In this document: piece after piece, positions 63,123 through 64,000 of the stretch
Layout of the letters: every line of letters starts with the position of its first letter
How positions within the stretch are numbered: position 1 is the stretch's first letter
IMG/VR virus record: IMGVR_UViG_3300020183_000053
Location: 1 to 64,000 of that record
Length of the DNA: 64,000 nt
Source: a virus
Reading direction: 5' to 3' (one strand)
Made by a program: the position numbers and the translations under genes
Notes under the pieces: model-generated
What the model saw: the letters and a program-made list of their open reading frames with translations, nothing else
The model's database searches: none
Told to the model about the DNA's origin: nothing

Positions 63123-64000
63123 TCAGGCCTCCATGCTGTCAGTGATGACGCCGTCCGCGAAGGCAGCGGCGAGGATGCTGCGCAGGTCAGCCTCCAGCTG
63201 GGCGCGGGTCTGCACCACGGTGCTGTCCCGCCGGTCAGCCTGCGCGCGCGCCACCTGCACCAGCGCAGAGCCAGCACCCAGGGTGCGCTCCACGGTGCGG
63301 ATCAGCGTGCCGTGGCCACCGACATCGGTGTGGCGGTGCGCGTGCGGGCTGTGGGCCACACCCTGGCGGCTCGCAGCGGCCAGGGCGCGGTTCAGCTGGG
63401 CTTCCTTGGCGTCCAGCTGGGCACGCAGCTGGGCGGCCTCGTCGGCAGCCGGGGCGGTGGTGGTGGTCGGTGCGACGCGCTCCACCAGCTTGGCGAGAAC
63501 ACCGTTCAGCTCGCCGATGGCGCGCTCCAGAGTGTCCAGCCGCTGGGTGTCGGTCGCCGTGCGGTTGTCGGGCATGGCGTTGTCCTCGCTGTGGGTTGAT
63601 TGCAGTGCTGCGCTCTGCACGGCGTCCGACTGGCTGTTCGCAGTAGAACCCTGCGCGCCTGCCGTGTCAATAGCCGTATCACCCGCGCGCAGCTCGGGCG
63701 GTTCCTTGTCGAAGCGCGTGTATAGCGCCACGATGCGCTCGTACACTTCGGGGCGGTCGCTGTCGGGAATGTCCACACCACCGCGCGCGCCGTTCAGTGC
63801 ACCCATAGCTGCGGCCACACCACGGAACACGATGTGCAGCTCGCCATTCACCATCTTGGCGAATGGCAGCTTGTAGCTGGCGCGGCGCTCGGGGTTCGCA
63901 GTGTCCACCCACAGGTGGGCCATCGCGTAGCGTTCCCAGTCGGGCGGGTCGCCCAGCACCTCGTTCGCGGCGTCGGTGTCCCAGCCCCAGGCGGTGTCCT
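63123..64000 (-). CDS. Prohead protease/scaffold C-terminal part (5' end outside window)
   Basis: Frame open past the window end; SYKLPF......L....RGV.AA..AL.GARGGV.IP domain then a coiled-coil scaffold; directly upstream of the capsid gene. Confidence 0.65.
   Translation of the reverse strand, partial: DTAWGWDTDAANEVLGDPPDWERYAMAHLWVDTANPERRASYKLPFAKMVNGELHIVFRGVAAAMGALNGARGGVDIPDSDRPEVYERIVALYTRFDKEPPELRAGDTAIDTAGAQGSTANSQSDAVQSAALQSTHSEDNAMPDNRTATDTQRLDTLERAIGELNGVLAKLVERVAPTTTTAPAADEAAQLRAQLDAKEAQLNRALAAASRQGVAHSPHAHRHTDVGGHGTLIRTVERTLGAGSALVQVARAQADRRDSTVVQTRAQLEADLRSILAAAFADGVITDSMEA

Noticed and set aside
15-63876. Many long + strand ORFs (e.g. 20279..22915, 33660..35573, 48735..50747, 54975..57161, 58929..61001)
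   Set aside because: Antisense shadows of real minus-strand genes in high-GC DNA; low-complexity translations with no motifs or RBS.
1-64000. tRNA/rRNA genes, terminase, portal, DNA polymerase, rmlA, queF
   Set aside because: None recognisable by eye in this window. They may lie outside it; tRNAscan/HMM searches were not possible.

Overview
This 64-kb window is most of a very GC-rich (~72-75%) tailed dsDNA phage or prophage of siphovirus type. Almost all genes are on the minus strand. In transcription order (64000 down to 1) it holds: protease/scaffold, major capsid, head-tail joining genes interrupted by a glycosylation module (RmlB-like dehydratase, SAM methyltransferase, 941-aa triple GT-A glycosyltransferase), tail tube, frameshifted tail chaperones, tape measure, tail tip/fibre, lysis (holin, M15 endolysin), RmlD and RmlC split by a DUF6744-like/MoxR-AAA/vWA block, a phage sigma factor, an XRE HTH protein, RecU, replication/recombination genes (SF2 helicase, PD-(D/E)XK nuclease, AAA_24 ATPase, SSB, primase-helicase, plus a + strand Zn-finger/RepB-like primase), a serine recombinase, a complete preQ0 7-deazaguanine DNA-modification cluster (yhhQ, ParB-like, queE, folE, queD, queC, dpdA), dUTPase, an array of small early-type gene cassettes, a ~1 kb non-coding palindromic region (candidate genome end/packaging site) and an XF1762/Mom-like gene. 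Terminase, portal, rmlA and a DNA polymerase are not in the window. The most notable unexplained signals are: (1) a 13-copy palindrome TAAC-N9-GTTA upstream of early-type genes; (2) an apparent self-encoded dTDP-rhamnose plus triple glycosyltransferase system inside the virion genes; (3) strong, patchy GA/TC (and AA/TT) dinucleotide depletion; (4) two paralogues sharing an unrecognised HRAYWAPCNPGGK domain. All family assignments come from motif recognition by eye, not database searches.
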